Positions 1-15,781 of a stretch of 64,000 nucleotides of DNA are shown here, one piece after another; position 1 is the stretch's first letter; each line of letters begins with the position of its first letter. The DNA is from the human T2T-CHM13v2.0 reference genome, Homo sapiens, in assembly GCF_009914755.1 (NCBI RefSeq), contig NC_060927.1; one strand, given 5' to 3'. A program made the translations under genes and the position numbers. The notes under the pieces were generated by a model, which worked only from the letters and a program-made list of their open reading frames with translations, did not search any database and had not been told where the DNA came from.

Positions 1-68
1 CTCATGATCTGCCCCCCTTGGCCTCCCAAAATGCTGGGATTACAGGTGTGAGCCACTACGCCCAGCCC
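1..68 (-). mobile_element. Alu 5' end (truncated by window edge)
   Basis: ...gcctcccaaaatgctgggattacaggtgtgagccactacgcccagcc is the reverse complement of the Alu head. Confidence 0.9.
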
Positions 69-352
69 CTCAATTTTTAATTTCTTGAGGAACCTCCATT
101 TTATTTTCCCTAATGGTTGTACTAATTCACATTCCTACCAACAGTGTGCAAGAGTTATCTTTTCTCTACAACCTTGCCAACACTTGTTGTCTTTGGTCTT
201 TTTGATAACAACCATTCTTACAGGTGTGAGGTGATATCTCATTGCAGTTTAAATTTGCATTTCTCTGATAATTAGTGATTTTGAGCATTTTTTTAAATAT
301 AACTGCTCATCGTTTATATGTCTTTTTTGAAGATATATCTATTCAGATCCTT

Positions 353-356
<4 letters not shown>

Positions 357-385
<29 letters not shown>

Positions 386-670
386 GAGGCAGAGTCTTGC
401 TGTCTCGTCCAGGCTGGAGTACAGTGGTGTGATCTTGGCTCACTGCAAGCTCCCCTTCCCGAGTTCACGCCATTCTCGTGCCTCAGTCTCCCAAGTAGCT
501 GGGAGGGACTACAGGTGCCTGCCACCATGCCCAGCTAATTTTTTGTGTTTTTAGTAGAGACGGGGTTTCACCGTGTTAGCCAGGATGGTCTTGATCTCTT
601 GACCTCGTGATCCACCTGCCTCAGCCTCCCAAAGTGCTAGGATTACAGGCATGAGCCACCACACCCAGCC
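357..670 (-). mobile_element. Alu (AluY/Sc-like), full length
   Basis: Poly-T followed by gaggcagagtcttgc...gcaagctcc...ttcacgccattctc...gagccaccacacccagcc. Confidence 0.9.
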
Positions 671-903
671 CTTTTGCCCATTTTTTAATCAAACTTTTTT
701 TGTTACTGTTGAGTTGTTTGAGTTCCTTGTGTATTTGGATATCAACCCCTTATCAGATATGTGGTTTGCAAATATTTTCTCCCATTCTGTAGATTGTCTC
801 TTTATTCTGTTGACTGTTTCCTTGGCTATGCTGAAGATTTCTACTTTGACGTAACTTTATTTCTCTATCTTTATTTTGTTGTCTAGGCTTTTGGGTTCAT
901 ATC

Positions 904-1302
904 TGTGATGGTTAATATTGAGTGTCAACTAGATTGAATTGAAGGATGCGAAGTATTTTTCCTGGGTGTGTCTGTGAGGGTGTTGCCTTCATCTTTCTCC
1001 CGTGCTGGATGCCTCCTGCCCTCGAACATCAGACTCCAAGTTCTTCAGTTTTTGGATTCTTGGACTGGGGCTCTCGGGCCTTTGACCACAGACTGAAGGC
1101 TGAACTGTGGGCTTCCCTACTTTTGAGGTTTTGGGACTCAAACTGATCTACTACTGGCGTTCTTGCTCCTCAACTTGCAGATGTCCTATCGTGGGACTTT
1201 ACCACTTTACCTGATTGTGTGAGCCAATTCTCCTTAATAAACTCCCTTTGATATATACATATATCCTTAGTTCTGTCCCTGTAAAGAACCGTGACTAATA
1301 CA
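904..1302 (+). mobile_element. MLT2-type (ERVL) solo LTR
   Basis: Starts TGTGATGGTTAATATTGAGTGTCAAC, ends GACTAATACA, flanked by a 5-bp TSD ATATC (899-903 / 1303-1307). Confidence 0.85.
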
Positions 1303-1827
1303 ATATCCAGAAGATCATTACCCAGATCTAAATTTTCCTCTGTGATTGATTGTTGTATATGGTATAAGGGTCTAATTTCATTCTTCTGCATGTGGATATC
1401 CAGTTGTCCGAACATCATTTATTGAAGAGACTAGCCTTTTCCTATGGTGTGATCTTGGCACCTTTGTTGCAAATTGATTTACCATAAATGTGTGGATTTA
1501 TTTCTATGTTCTCTATTATGTTCCACTGAGCTATATGTTTGTTATTATGCAAGTACCATGCTATTTTGATTATTATAGCTTTGTAGTATATTTTGAAGTT
1601 AGGTAGTGTGATGCTTTCAGCTTTGTTCTTTTTGCTCAAGATTACTTTGGCTCTTTGGGGGTTTTTATGTTTCCATATAAATTTTAGGATTATTTTTCTA
1701 TATTTGTAAAAAACATCATTGGAATTTTAATAGAGATTGCATTGAATCTGTAGATCACTTTAGGTAGTAATCCATAAACCTGGGATATGTTTTCATTTTT
1801 TGCATCATCTTTAATTTCTTTCATCGA

Positions 1828-2003
1828 TTTTGTTTTGTTTTGTAAGAGACAGGGTCTCACTATGTTGCCCAGGCTGGAATGCAGTGGCTATTCACAGGCA
1901 CGATCATAGCACACCACATGGCCTTGAACTCCTAGGCCCAAGTGATTCTCCTGCATCAAGTCCTTAGTAGCTGGGACTACAGATGCGTGCCACCACATCC
2001 AGC
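1828..2003 (-). mobile_element. FAM-type free Alu monomer
   Basis: Single monomer containing the 7SL-like segment gcagtggctattcacagg. Confidence 0.7.
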
Positions 2004-4049
2004 TATATCAATGTTTTATAGTTTTCAAGTAAAGATCTTTCGTCTCCTTGGTTAAATTTGTTTATATTTTTTGTAGCTGTGCAAATTAATTTTTTTATTT
2101 CTTCTTTAGATAGTTCATTGTTGGTATATAGAAAGACTACTGATTTTTGTATGTTTATTTTATATCTTACAACCTTACTGAATTTGTTTATTGGTTCTAA
2201 CAGTTTTTGTGTGGAATCTTTAGGTCTTTCTACATATAAAGGACATTTTAACTTCTTCCTTTCCAATTTGGATGCCTCATTGCTCCTTTCCAATTTCTCT
2301 TGCCTAATTGTTCTGGCTAGGACTCCCAGTATTATGTTTAATACAAGTGGCTAAAGTGGGCATCCTTGTTTTGTGCCTGAGCTTAGAGGAAAAGCTTTCA
2401 ACTTTTCACCATTGAGCATGATGTTAGCTATGGGTTTGTCATATATGGCCTTTATTGTGTTGAAGTACATTCCTTCTATACCTAATTAGTGAGAGTTTTT
2501 ATCATAAGATGTGATTTTCTTTTCTTATTATGCATTTTTCTGGGTTTTGGTGTCAAAGTAATACCAGCCCTTTTTAGTAATTTTTATTTCTGTAAAGTTG
2601 GTAGTAATGGTTCATCTTTCATTCCTGATTTTAGTCACTTGAACATTCTCTCTTCTTTTTCTGGTCATCTAACCAAAGGTTTGTCAATTTTGTTGATCTT
2701 TTCAAAGAAACAACTTTGATTTTCGTTAATTTTCTCTATTGTTTTTCTATACTTTATTTCATTTATTTTTACTGTAATCTTTATTATTTCTTTGCTTCTG
2801 CTTGCTTTCACTTCAACTTGCTTTTCTTTTTGTAGTTTCTTAAGGTATAGAGTTAGGGTTTGGATTTACAATCTTTCTCCTCTTTCATGGGCATTTATAG
2901 CTCTAAATTTCCCTCTGAGCACTGCTTTGCTGCAGTTGTCGCATAAGTTTGGTGTGATGTGCGTGCATTTCCGTTTATTTCAAAATGTCTTCTAATTTCC
3001 CTTGTGATTCTGCTTTGACCATTTGACCATTTCGGGGGGAGTGTATTGTTTAATTTCCACATTTGTTAATTCTCTAAATTTTCTTCTGTTAGTGGTTTCT
3101 GATTTTATTCCATTCTGTTCAGAAAGCATGTTTTATGTGATTTTAATCCTTTAAAGTTTATCGAGATTTGTTTTAAGCCTTAATATGTTCTATTCAAGAG
3201 AATGTTCTATGCACACTTGAGAACATGTGCAGCCTGCTGTTGTTAAGTGTTCTATAAATGTGTGTTAGATCTAGTTGGTTCATAATATGGTCCAAGTCTT
3301 CCATTTCCTTTCTAGTTGTTCTATCCATTATTGGCAGTGTGGTATTGAAGTCTCTAACTTATTGTTGAATTGTCTATTCCCTCCTTCAATTCTGTCAGGT
3401 TTTGTTTCATCTATTTTGGGTCTTTGTTGTTAGGTGTATATATGTTTATAATTGTTATGTCTTCTTGATGCATTGACTCTTTTACCTTTATAAAATGTCC
3501 TTCTTTGTCTCTAGATTTTTAAAGTCTACTTTCTCTCTAGTAGCTTTGTGATTTTAGCTTTACATATAGCTTGGTAAGTCATCTCAAATTACTTTTTCTG
3601 TATGGTGTGAGAGATTGAGGTTCACTTTTTCTGTAGGATTATCCAGTTGTTCCAACACTATTTTTAAGGTATCTTCTCCATTGACATTCCTTATCATCTG
3701 GTGTCAAAAATCAATTATCTTTATATGTGTGAGCCTATGTCTAGACTGTCTAGTCTATTTTATTAATTTGTTAGTCTGTCACTGTGCCAATACTACACTG
3801 TCTTGATGACAGACTTTATAGAAAGTCTTGAAATCAGGCAGTAAGAATCCTCTAATTACACTCTTTCAAGATTGTCTTGCTTATTCAAGACCTTTTGTAT
3901 GTTCATATACATTTTGGAATCACTTTGTCAATTTATATACTTTTTAAAAGCCTGCTGAAATTTTTGATTGGTATTGCGTAAAATGCAGGAATCAATTTTG
4001 GGAGAATTGACATTTTAACACTACTGTTTCCTAGTTCATGAGCATGGTA

Positions 4050-4160
4050 TTAGGTTCGTGCAAATGTAATTGCGGTTTTGCGGCAGTTAACCATTAACCA
4101 TTAACCCATTAACCATTATTTTAATGGCAAAAACCACAATTACTTTTGCACCAATCTATT
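4050..4160. mobile_element. MADE1 (Hsmar1-derived MITE) with an internal insertion
   Basis: TIRs ttaggttcgtgcaaatgtaattgcggtttt ... aaaaaccacaattacttttgcaccaatcta. Confidence 0.85.
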
Positions 4161-4230
4161 GTATCTGTTTTTTATATTTTATGGTTTTCAAGGTAGAGGT
4201 TTTACAAATCCTTTATTACATTTGTTCCTA

Positions 4231-4530
4231 AGGCCAGGTATGGTGACTCATGTCTGCAGTCTCAGAGATTTTGGAGGCTGAGGCAGGAGGATCACTTGAA
4301 GCCAGGAGTTTGAGACAGCCTGGGCAACAAAGCAAAACCCCATCTCTACAAAAAATAACATTTTTTAAAAATAGGCAGGAGTGGTGGTGTATGCCTTCAG
4401 TCCCAGCTACTCGGTAGGCTGAGGCAGGAGGATTGCTTGAGCCCAGGAGTTCAAGGCTACAGTGAGGTATGCACATCACTGCACTCCAACTTGAGTGACA
4501 GTGTGAAGCCCTGTCTCTAAAAATAAAACA
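4231..4530 (+). mobile_element. AluJ-like
   Basis: Diverged dimeric Alu with flanking ttgttccta TSD. Confidence 0.85.
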
Positions 4531-6417
4531 AATTGTTCCTAAATATTTTAATCTTTTTGATGGTATTATAAATGATACTGCTTTTAATTTTTATTTTTCT
4601 ATTTTTGCTAATATATTGAAGTATGATTGATTTGTATATATGAATGTTGTACTCTGCAAACTTGTTACATTCACTTAATATTTCTGATAGATTTTCAGTA
4701 ATGTCCTTAGGATTTCTTCACAAACTATTACTTTTTCTGCAAACAGAAGTGGTCTTTTTTCTATCTAATATTTATGCTTTTGATTGCCTCTTCTTGCCTT
4801 ATTACACTGACCAGAAAACCTCCAATACAATGTTAAATAAAAAAGGTAAGAGTGGACATCCTTGCCTTGTGCTTAATCTCCAGGGATAGTGTTCAGTATT
4901 TCACCATTAACTGTGATGTTAACTGTAGGTTTCTCATAGCTGTACCTATCAAATTGAGGAAACACTCATCTATTTCTAGTTTGCTGAGAGTTTTTAAAAC
5001 AATGTGTAATGAATTTTGTCAGTGCTTTTTCTGCATCTGTTGAAATGATCATATTGTTTGTCTTTTTTATTTTGTTAATGTATAAATACACATTGATTTT
5101 TAAAGGCTAAATAAATCTTGCATCCCCTGGGACAAATCCCAGCACACCAAATAAATATATTATCCTTTTTCTATATTGCTGGATTCAATTTGTTAATATT
5201 TTGTTGAAGATTTCAAATCTTCAAACAAATATATTGTCCTTTTTCTATACTGCTAAATTCAGTTTGTTAATATTTTGTCAAAGATTTCTGTGTCTTGTTT
5301 GTATTGGATATTGGCCTCATAAAACAAGATAGAAAATATTCCTTCGTCTTCTAATCTCTGAGATCATTTGTATAAGGTTGATATTATTTCTTCTTTTAGA
5401 TGATTAATGAAATTTACCTCTGAAAATATTTGGACCTGAGTTTGTTGTGGGAAGGTTTTTGAGGATCGATGCAATTTCTTTTATAGATATGGATTTTCTG
5501 TTGCTTCTTGAGAAAGTTTTATAAGTTGTATTTTTCTCAGTTTGTCAACTTTTTCTAAGTTCTCAAATGAATTGGAATAAAATTGTTCATAATGTTTCTA
5601 CCTTATCTTTTTGATATCAGTAGGATCTCTAGTACTATCCCTTTCTTCATCCCTGACGTTAACAACTTTTGTTTTCTCTTTTTTCTTGATCAATCTTTCT
5701 AGAAGTTTATCAATTTTGTTAATATTTACAACAAACCAACTTTTGGCTCTGTTAATTTTCTCTTTGGTTTATCTGTTTTTTAAATCATTAAATTTATGTT
5801 GCACTTATGTTGTTATTTTCTCTTTCCTACTTGTTTCTGCTTATTTTTTCCTTTCTTCTACCTTCTTTGGGTTTAATTTTCTCTTTTTTGATAGCTTCTT
5901 AAAATGAAAACATTTTAATTTTTGTTTGCATAGTAAAATTTACTCTTTTTGAAGTTGTGAAACCACAATCACAATTAAGATATGCACAAAAAATTCCCTT
6001 TTGCTACCCTTTTGTAGTTAACACTTCTCCCCTTTCTCTAACTCCTAGCAACCATTGATCTATTCTCTGTCCCTTTAGTTTTGCCTTTTCCAAAATGTCA
6101 TGTAAATGGAATCATACAGTATGTAAACTTTTAATTCTGACTTATTCAACTTACCATAATGCCTTTGCAATTCATTCATGTTGTATTAATATTTTGTTTC
6201 TTTTTTCTTGCTAAGTAATAATGCCCTGCATATGTGCCACAGATTGTTTATCTCTTTCCCATTTGAGGAACATTTAATTGCTTCTAGATTTTGGCAATAA
6301 TGAATAAAGCCAATGTAAATATCCACAGGTAGATTTTTGTGTGAACATCAGTTTCCACTTCACTTAAGTAAATACCTAAGAGTAGGATGGCTGGGTCATA
6401 TAGAAAGTGTATGTTTA

Positions 6418-6835
<418 letters not shown>

Positions 6836-8464
6836 TTATTTTTATCTTAGCCATTCCTGTAAGTATGTAGTGGTATCTCATTGTGGTTTTAACTTACATT
6901 TCCCTAAAAACAGCTGATGTTGAGCATCTTTTCATATGCTTATTTATCACCTACATGTCTTCCTTGGTGAAGAGCTGTTCAAATTTTTTTCCATTTTTGA
7001 ATTCAGTTGTTTCTTTTTTTATTGTTGAGTTTTGAGAGTTCTTTGTACATTCTGCTCACAAGTCCTCTGTGAGATTTGTGATTTGCAAATATTTTCTATC
7101 AGTCTATGGCATTACCTTTCATTATCTTACTAATGGTTTTCATGGAGCAAAAGTTTTTAATTTTAATGCAGTCTAGACAATCTTTTATTTTCATTTCTCA
7201 TGTTTTTGGTGCCATAGCTGAGAACTCCTTGCCTAAACCAAAGACACAGCAGTTTTTTCTCCTGTGCTTTCTTCTCCAAATTCATGGGTTTTTTTCCCTG
7301 CTATGTTTTCTACAAAATTTAGGGTTTTATGTTTTCCATTTAGGTCTCTTTTCCATTTTGAGTTAATTTTTATATAAGCTATGATGTATAGACTGAAATT
7401 CACCATTTTGCGTATGGATATCCAATTGTTCCTACATCATCTGTTAAAAAAAAAAAAAGACTATCCTTTTCCATTGAATTGTATTTGCACCTCTGCCAAA
7501 AATCAGTTGCCCATGACTGTGGGTCTCTTTCTGGACTCTTTATTCTCTTTCATTCATCTATATATCTATCGTTTTGCAAATGTCTCATGGTGTTGATTTC
7601 TGTAGCTGTATAATCATTAAATCAGGTAATGTTAGTGTTCCAATTTAGTTCTTTTTCAAAATTGCCTATTCTGGTTCCTTTACCTTTCCATATAAATTCC
7701 AGAATCAACTTGTCAACATCTACCAAAAAAAAATCTTGCCGGCATTCTAATGAGAATTGCATGCAATCTATACAAAAAGTTACAGAAAATTGAAATCTTA
7801 ACAATCGAGTCTTTTAATCCATGAACACAGCGTGTCTCTCCATTTTAGATTATTTATTCTAACCCTTTTTGTTTCCTAATATAAATACTTAAAGCTATAA
7901 ATTTAAATATTTATAGTTGCAGCATATAAATTTTGATAATTTTGTGTATAAAAATTGCCATTTAGTTCAATAAATTTCCTTAGTTTCCTTGTGATTTCTC
8001 CTTTGACCATGGCTTATTTAGAATTCTTGTTTAATTCTGAGATTTATAAATTTTTCTAGTTTTACTTATTGTTAATCTTTTGAAATTTATCAAGACATTT
8101 TAAGGCTCATTTTATGGTCTATCTTGGTAAATGTTCTATGCACCTGGAAAGAATAGGTATTCTGCAGTTATTTTGTGTAGGTTCTATAAATGTCAATTAG
8201 ATCAAGGTGATTGATAGTGTTCAAAGTTTCTATGTCTTTGCTGATTTTTGTCTACTTTTTCATCAGTTACCGAGAGAGTTGTTAAATTGACAAACATGAT
8301 GGTAGATTTATCCATTTTTCCCTTAAGCACGGGGCTTTGCTTCATTTATCAAGAAATTATGTTATTAGGTGCATAATACATTTGGGATTGAACTGACTCT
8401 TTTATTCTTATGAAAAGTCTCTATCTCTGATAGTACTCTTTGTCTTAATGTCTGCTTTGTCTGA

Positions 8465-8854
<390 letters not shown>

Positions 8855-9507
8855 TAGTATATATTCTTTCATCCTTTGATTTCCAGCCTATCTGGAATAC
8901 TACTTGTAACAGGATATAATTTGGTCTTACCTTTCTTTAATGTAGTTTGACCATCTCATCTTTTAACTGGAATGTTTAGTCCATTTACACACAATGTAAT
9001 TATTGATACAGCCGAGTTTTAGTCTACCAATTTGCTATTATTTTACACTTTTCTGCTTTTTGTTCTTCTGTTCCTCCTTTCATACCTTCTTTTGGGTTAA
9101 TCATATATTTTTCTATATCCCATTGTAGTTTATCCACTGTCTGCTGTACCTTTTTGTATTAGATTTTAATGGAACTATAATATGGGTCTTTAATTTATCA
9201 CAGTCTACTTAGAATGTTGTATTATTTCATGTAAAATATAAGATCCTTTCAACAGTGTGTGTCGTCTTACAACAGTATGTGTATATGTATACAAATATGT
9301 ATATGTATATAAATACACTATTCCATCCCTTGAAGGATTAGTGTTTTATATTTTACTTCTACATATATTATAATCCCATAATATAATCTTAATATTTTTG
9401 CATTTATCAGTTGCCTTCTAAAGAAACTAAGAGAATTTTTAAAAATTGTCTTTTATATTTACCCCCGCCCCTTTGTTAAAGTCCTAGGGCAGGGTTTTGA
9501 GTGATAG

Positions 9508-10631
<1,124 letters not shown>

Positions 10632-10814
10632 GAAAGAGCTGACTGGTCAGGACACTGTGGGCCTGTGCCTGGTACGGGAGATGAAGACATGATATAGTGG
10701 ATATTGAGAGGGAGGAAATAGGCTTTCCCAAGGAAGGATTGATGGGACAGGTTAGCCACCACCTCTGAGTGTCACATCCAGTTTTAGGTAGCACATTTTA
10801 AGATGTCTGTAAAC

Positions 10815-11064
10815 GAGAGGTTGCATACTGCTGCCCAAAGGTTTTTGTTTGCCTGGATAGTGTTAACGCATATAGTTCTGTCTTCTTATTAATTAGCAAT
10901 CAACTTAAATTATACGGGCATTTTAAATACAAATCTGAATTCCTTGTTTCTACTGAAAAGTGAGATCTGACAATGGTGAGTCCTCACTTCTGCATGGCAA
11001 CAATTGGTTGAAACTCCTTTTGGCCACAGTCCCCACCCTCCCTGTTGTTATACTACACACACCA
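10815..11064. mobile_element. MER102-like hAT DNA transposon fragment
   Basis: gcatggcaacaattgg...gccacagtccccacc motifs; a related copy lies at about 17.6-17.95 kb. Confidence 0.55.
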
Positions 11065-11302
11065 GTGATCTTGGTTCACTGCAACCTCCGCCTCCCAAGT
11101 TCAACTGATTCTCCCACCTCAACCTCCCGAGTAGCTGGGACTACAGGTACGCACCACCACATCTGGTTAATTTTTGCGTTTTTACTAGGGACAGGGTTTC
11201 ATCATGTTGGCCAGGCTGGTCTCAAACTCCTGGCCTACAAGCGATCCTCCCATCTCCGCCTCCCAAAGTGCTGGATTACAGGCCTGAGCCACTATGCCCA
11301 GG
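11065..11302 (-). mobile_element. Alu lacking its 3' end and tail
   Basis: Begins abruptly at gtgatcttggttcactgcaacc with no preceding poly-T. Confidence 0.85.
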
Positions 11303-11329
11303 TTTTTCCTGACACGTTCTGTCTTTTCC

Positions 11330-12420
11330 TACTAAAGTTTCAATTACATGCATATTGGACTGGTCACTGTGCCTCTGTTCATTTTCTTTTGCTATCTTGT
11401 TTTTATTCACTTTTTTTTTACTTATTTGTAATTGACAAATAATAATTGTGTATATTTATGGGGTACACTATGATGTTTCGATCTATGTATACCCCGTAGG
11501 AAGATTCAATCAAGCTAACTAATATATTCTTTTTCTCCTGTTCTTCAGATTGGAAAATGTCTATTGATTTGTCTTCAAGCTCATTGACCCTTTCTCCTGC
11601 AGTCTCCAATATATTGTTAGATTCACCCAGTGAATTTCTTATTTCTTATATTGTATTTTCCAGTTCTAGAATTTCCATTTAATTCTCTTAGCTATTTTCC
11701 ATTTCTTTACTGGATTTCTAATATGCCCTCTCTGAAGTTCATGTTTTCTTTTAGGTTTATGGACATATTGATAATAGCTATTTTAAGGTCTTTATCTGCT
11801 AATTCCAACATCCTGATCATTTGGGGATGTCTGTATCTCTTAACTGCTTTTTACTTTGATGTGGATCAGAATTTCCTGCTTTCTCACATGTCTAGTGATT
11901 TTATTTTATTCTTCACATTATTGATAATATTGTAGGAATTTTAGACGAGGTTTTCTTCCTTTAGAGAGTATTGAGTTTTGTTCTGACAGGAAGTTAAATT
12001 GCCAGCACATCCTCTTGGCCCTGTCAGGTTTGGTTTTGTTCTTGATTATGGCTAGAGTTTTTTGGTTTTGTCCTCTGTACTAGAAGGTGGACCTAATGCT
12101 TAATCCTTCTGCCTAACGTGTGGACTTTCTGAAGTCTCAACTCAATGTCCCAGCTATTCAGTGAGGCCTCTTCACTCTGGCTGCGATGAAGTTGCATCAT
12201 GTGACCACCAGGATCTGCACTCAGCTCTCGGTGACAGCATTCACTGTCTGCAGGGCTTCATGGAGTCTCACCCTGTACATGTGCACACCAGCCCTTGACC
12301 AAGATCCTACTAGAAACCCCCCTGCAGACTTCTTCTCCTCCTGCCACCCTCCCCTGCATAACTCCCTCCTCCCTGGTATTCTGCCCTGCAGATGTCACCT
12401 GCTCCAGCAGCTTCAAACTC
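11330..12420 (-). mobile_element. Old L1M continuation (antisense) with a small L1MA 3'-end insert at about 11410-11522
   Basis: Minus ORF ERVNELEDKSIDIFQSEEQEKK resembles the L1 ORF1 coiled coil. Confidence 0.65.
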
Positions 12421-15391
12421 CAATCTCTCCCACCACCCCACACTGTCGTCTGGACAGTGTCTCCAGGCTAGACATCCGGGGACCTGGGGCTTCCCTCATG
12501 CCCTCAGGTGCCTCTCTTCTTTCAAAGGTCACTCCTCCATGAATGAAAGTAAAATTCCCAACATTATTTTTTAATTTCATAAATTAAAACACACAGTAAA
12601 AAAAATAAAAGTATACAGAAAGTTATACAGTGAAGAGTGTCTCAACCATCTTGACCCTAAATATTCTACTTCCTCTCCCCAGAGGCAACACCAGAATGTT
12701 ATTTGTCCCTTCAGAGTTATTCTCTATATCCATATAAAGATCAATTCCTTGGTGAAGATGGAAATGGCAGTGCACCATAAGCACTGCATAACAGACACCA
12801 GCAAGGTCCCCCTCCCAGTCACCATTTCCATGAACACCAACCCTGCTTCAAACCCCAGTGCCTGAGATTCATTGCACCAAGGCAGTCTGAAGTGCCAGGA
12901 AGTTGGTGCTCCCCTTTAAGAGCCAATCTCAACCAGCGATTCGTGGGAGTTGGTATAATTGCACCGTTCTCCTGCCTTTCCTATTGGGACAACTTGGAGA
13001 CACATCCTACACCACCTCCCAGCGCTCCCCGCAGGGATTGAGCCCAAGTTTTAAAAAGCAGTAACCTGCTCAATAACACACCTTTGCTGGCCTCCTTCTC
13101 TCCCTGTCTTCTGTCCCTCTCTCTTCCCAGTGCTTCCTGGGATAAACTGTTTTCATTCCTTTCCTCTCAAGGTCTGCTTCTGGGAAAATGTGGCCTAACA
13201 CATTGTCCTTTACATCTTGATTTGTCGGTTTAACAGTATGACTCAGATCCTTCCACATCAGTTCATATTGATCTGCCTCATTCCTGTATCCAGTAGCCAC
13301 CCACTTCTCACCACTACCATCTGGCGCAAGCCACCACCACCTCCATCTCCCACCAGGATGACTGCAGTGGCATCCTAACAGGCTTCCTGTCCCCCGCCTA
13401 TCCCTGCCAGAGCAGGAGGGATCCTGATACCTCATTCAATGTCACTCCTCTGCTCAGAGATCCCCCAGTGGCTCCCCTCTTTCAATCTCAGAATGAAGGT
13501 GGAAGTTCTTCCTGGCTATCAGGGCCCCACCCTCTCATCCTTACTCACTTCATTCTGGCCACACCGGCCTCCTCACTGTTTCTGGAACAAGCCAAACACT
13601 CTTCATTCTTGGGCCTTTCAATTCACTGTTGCGTTTGCTTGGGGAGCTCTTTCCCAGGTATCCTCATAGCTCCTCCATCATTTCCTTCAAGACTATTGAT
13701 ATGGACTTTCCCGGCGAGGCCTCCCCTAGAAACAAGCTAAATTTCAACACCCCTCCCTCACCATTCCTGCCTTCCTTCCCTGCCTTACCATTTTTTTCTC
13801 TTTATCACATCTGACTAGGACACATGCCCTGGGATACTATGATCTCCTCACTAGCCAAATAGGAAACAATCCCAGTATGGTCTGTTTGTTAGTATCACCG
13901 TCACCGGCATCACCATCCCTGTTCAGATGTGGTTCATAACCTGGGCACGCCACACTGCAGTTATTCTCATGTCTGTCTTCTTCACAACACCAGGTCCTCC
14001 TCCCGGGGCTGGCGAAGAGCTGTTCCAGCTCCGTGTCCCCCTGCCCAGGACAGAGATTAACAAAACAAAGGCCCTCAGAGTGTTTGCTTAATGAAGCCAG
14101 GAGGCCCTTTTCTGGCGCCATAATGAGACAGGACTCAGATAACCAGACCAAAGATGAAACCGGAAGGAGAAAGCTTTCTTGGGACATCTGGGATTGACCT
14201 GGCTGCCCTCAGGCAGCAGGAGGAAGGCTCCGATTCCCCAGGCTTAGCTGGTGAAGTCCTGAGCACATACGTCAGGACTGCTGGGTGCCAAGGCAGACAC
14301 AGGGCCAGGGACTCGAGGAGCTGGGTTTAAACCCAGATCTGAGCCCGGTGGTGCGACTGTGAACAAGTTTCCGTAGCATCGTTGCCTCATCTGTAAAGTG
14401 GGCATCGTAATACTCACCTCAGAGTGGCTGTGTGCATGCGGGAGCCAGTGTGGCACCTGACACAAAACAGATGCTGAGCAAATGACGGTAAGGATGGGCA
14501 AAATTGAGCCCCTGCCATGCGCCAGGCACCACAAAACAGCACTGTACAAACATGGTCTCCTTTAATCCTCACAGTATCCTCGTCAGGGAGATGCAGTGTT
14601 ATCCCTGATAAGGTTCTATTGTCATCCCCATTTCACAAATGAGGAAACCAAGGATCAAGGAGTAATGTGATTTTGCTGAGAGTGATGCAGCTGATTCATC
14701 ACAGAGACTTGGAGCCCAAATCTGCCCAATGTTCTTAGCCAGCGCCACACTGATTAGTCAGCAAGCGCACCCTGTGACTCTCCTTACCCTCAGCCGCTCC
14801 ACCACCACTCTCAGGATCCTCCTCCCCTCCTGCCCCTCAAGGAACAGAGGGCAGCACTGCCTCCTCTGCACCCCAGCTCTGTCACTTAACAGGTGTGTGG
14901 CCCTGGGCAAGCGACATGCCCATTCTGACCTTCAGTTTCTGTACGAGTCTCCCAGGGCTGCTGTGATTAATTACCACAGACTGGGTGGTTAAAACAACAC
15001 AGGCTTGCTGTCGCCCAGTTCTGCTGGTCAGAGGCCCAGGGCATTCAGCCACGTACTGGACTGTAGGGCTGAGGTCCATTTTGCTGCCAGCTGTCAGCTG
15101 GGACCAGTCTTTGATTCCATGGCTGCCCACATTCCTCTTCTGCTTTCCATGTGCCCCATCCAACCACAATGGGTCAAATCTCTCTCAGGCTTTCAAAGTC
15201 TCCAACTTTTCCTTCTGCTTCATCTTTCTGACTCCAGTTGGAGAAACTTCTCTGCGTTTAGCAGCTCATGTAATTAGACTGGGGCCACCAGGATAACTTT
15301 TGTTAATCCCCTTATTTTAAGACACGTAAGTTTATATCTGCAAAGTCCCTTTGCCTTGTAACACAACATACTCACAAGTCATTGGGATTAG

Positions 15392-15781
<390 letters not shown>

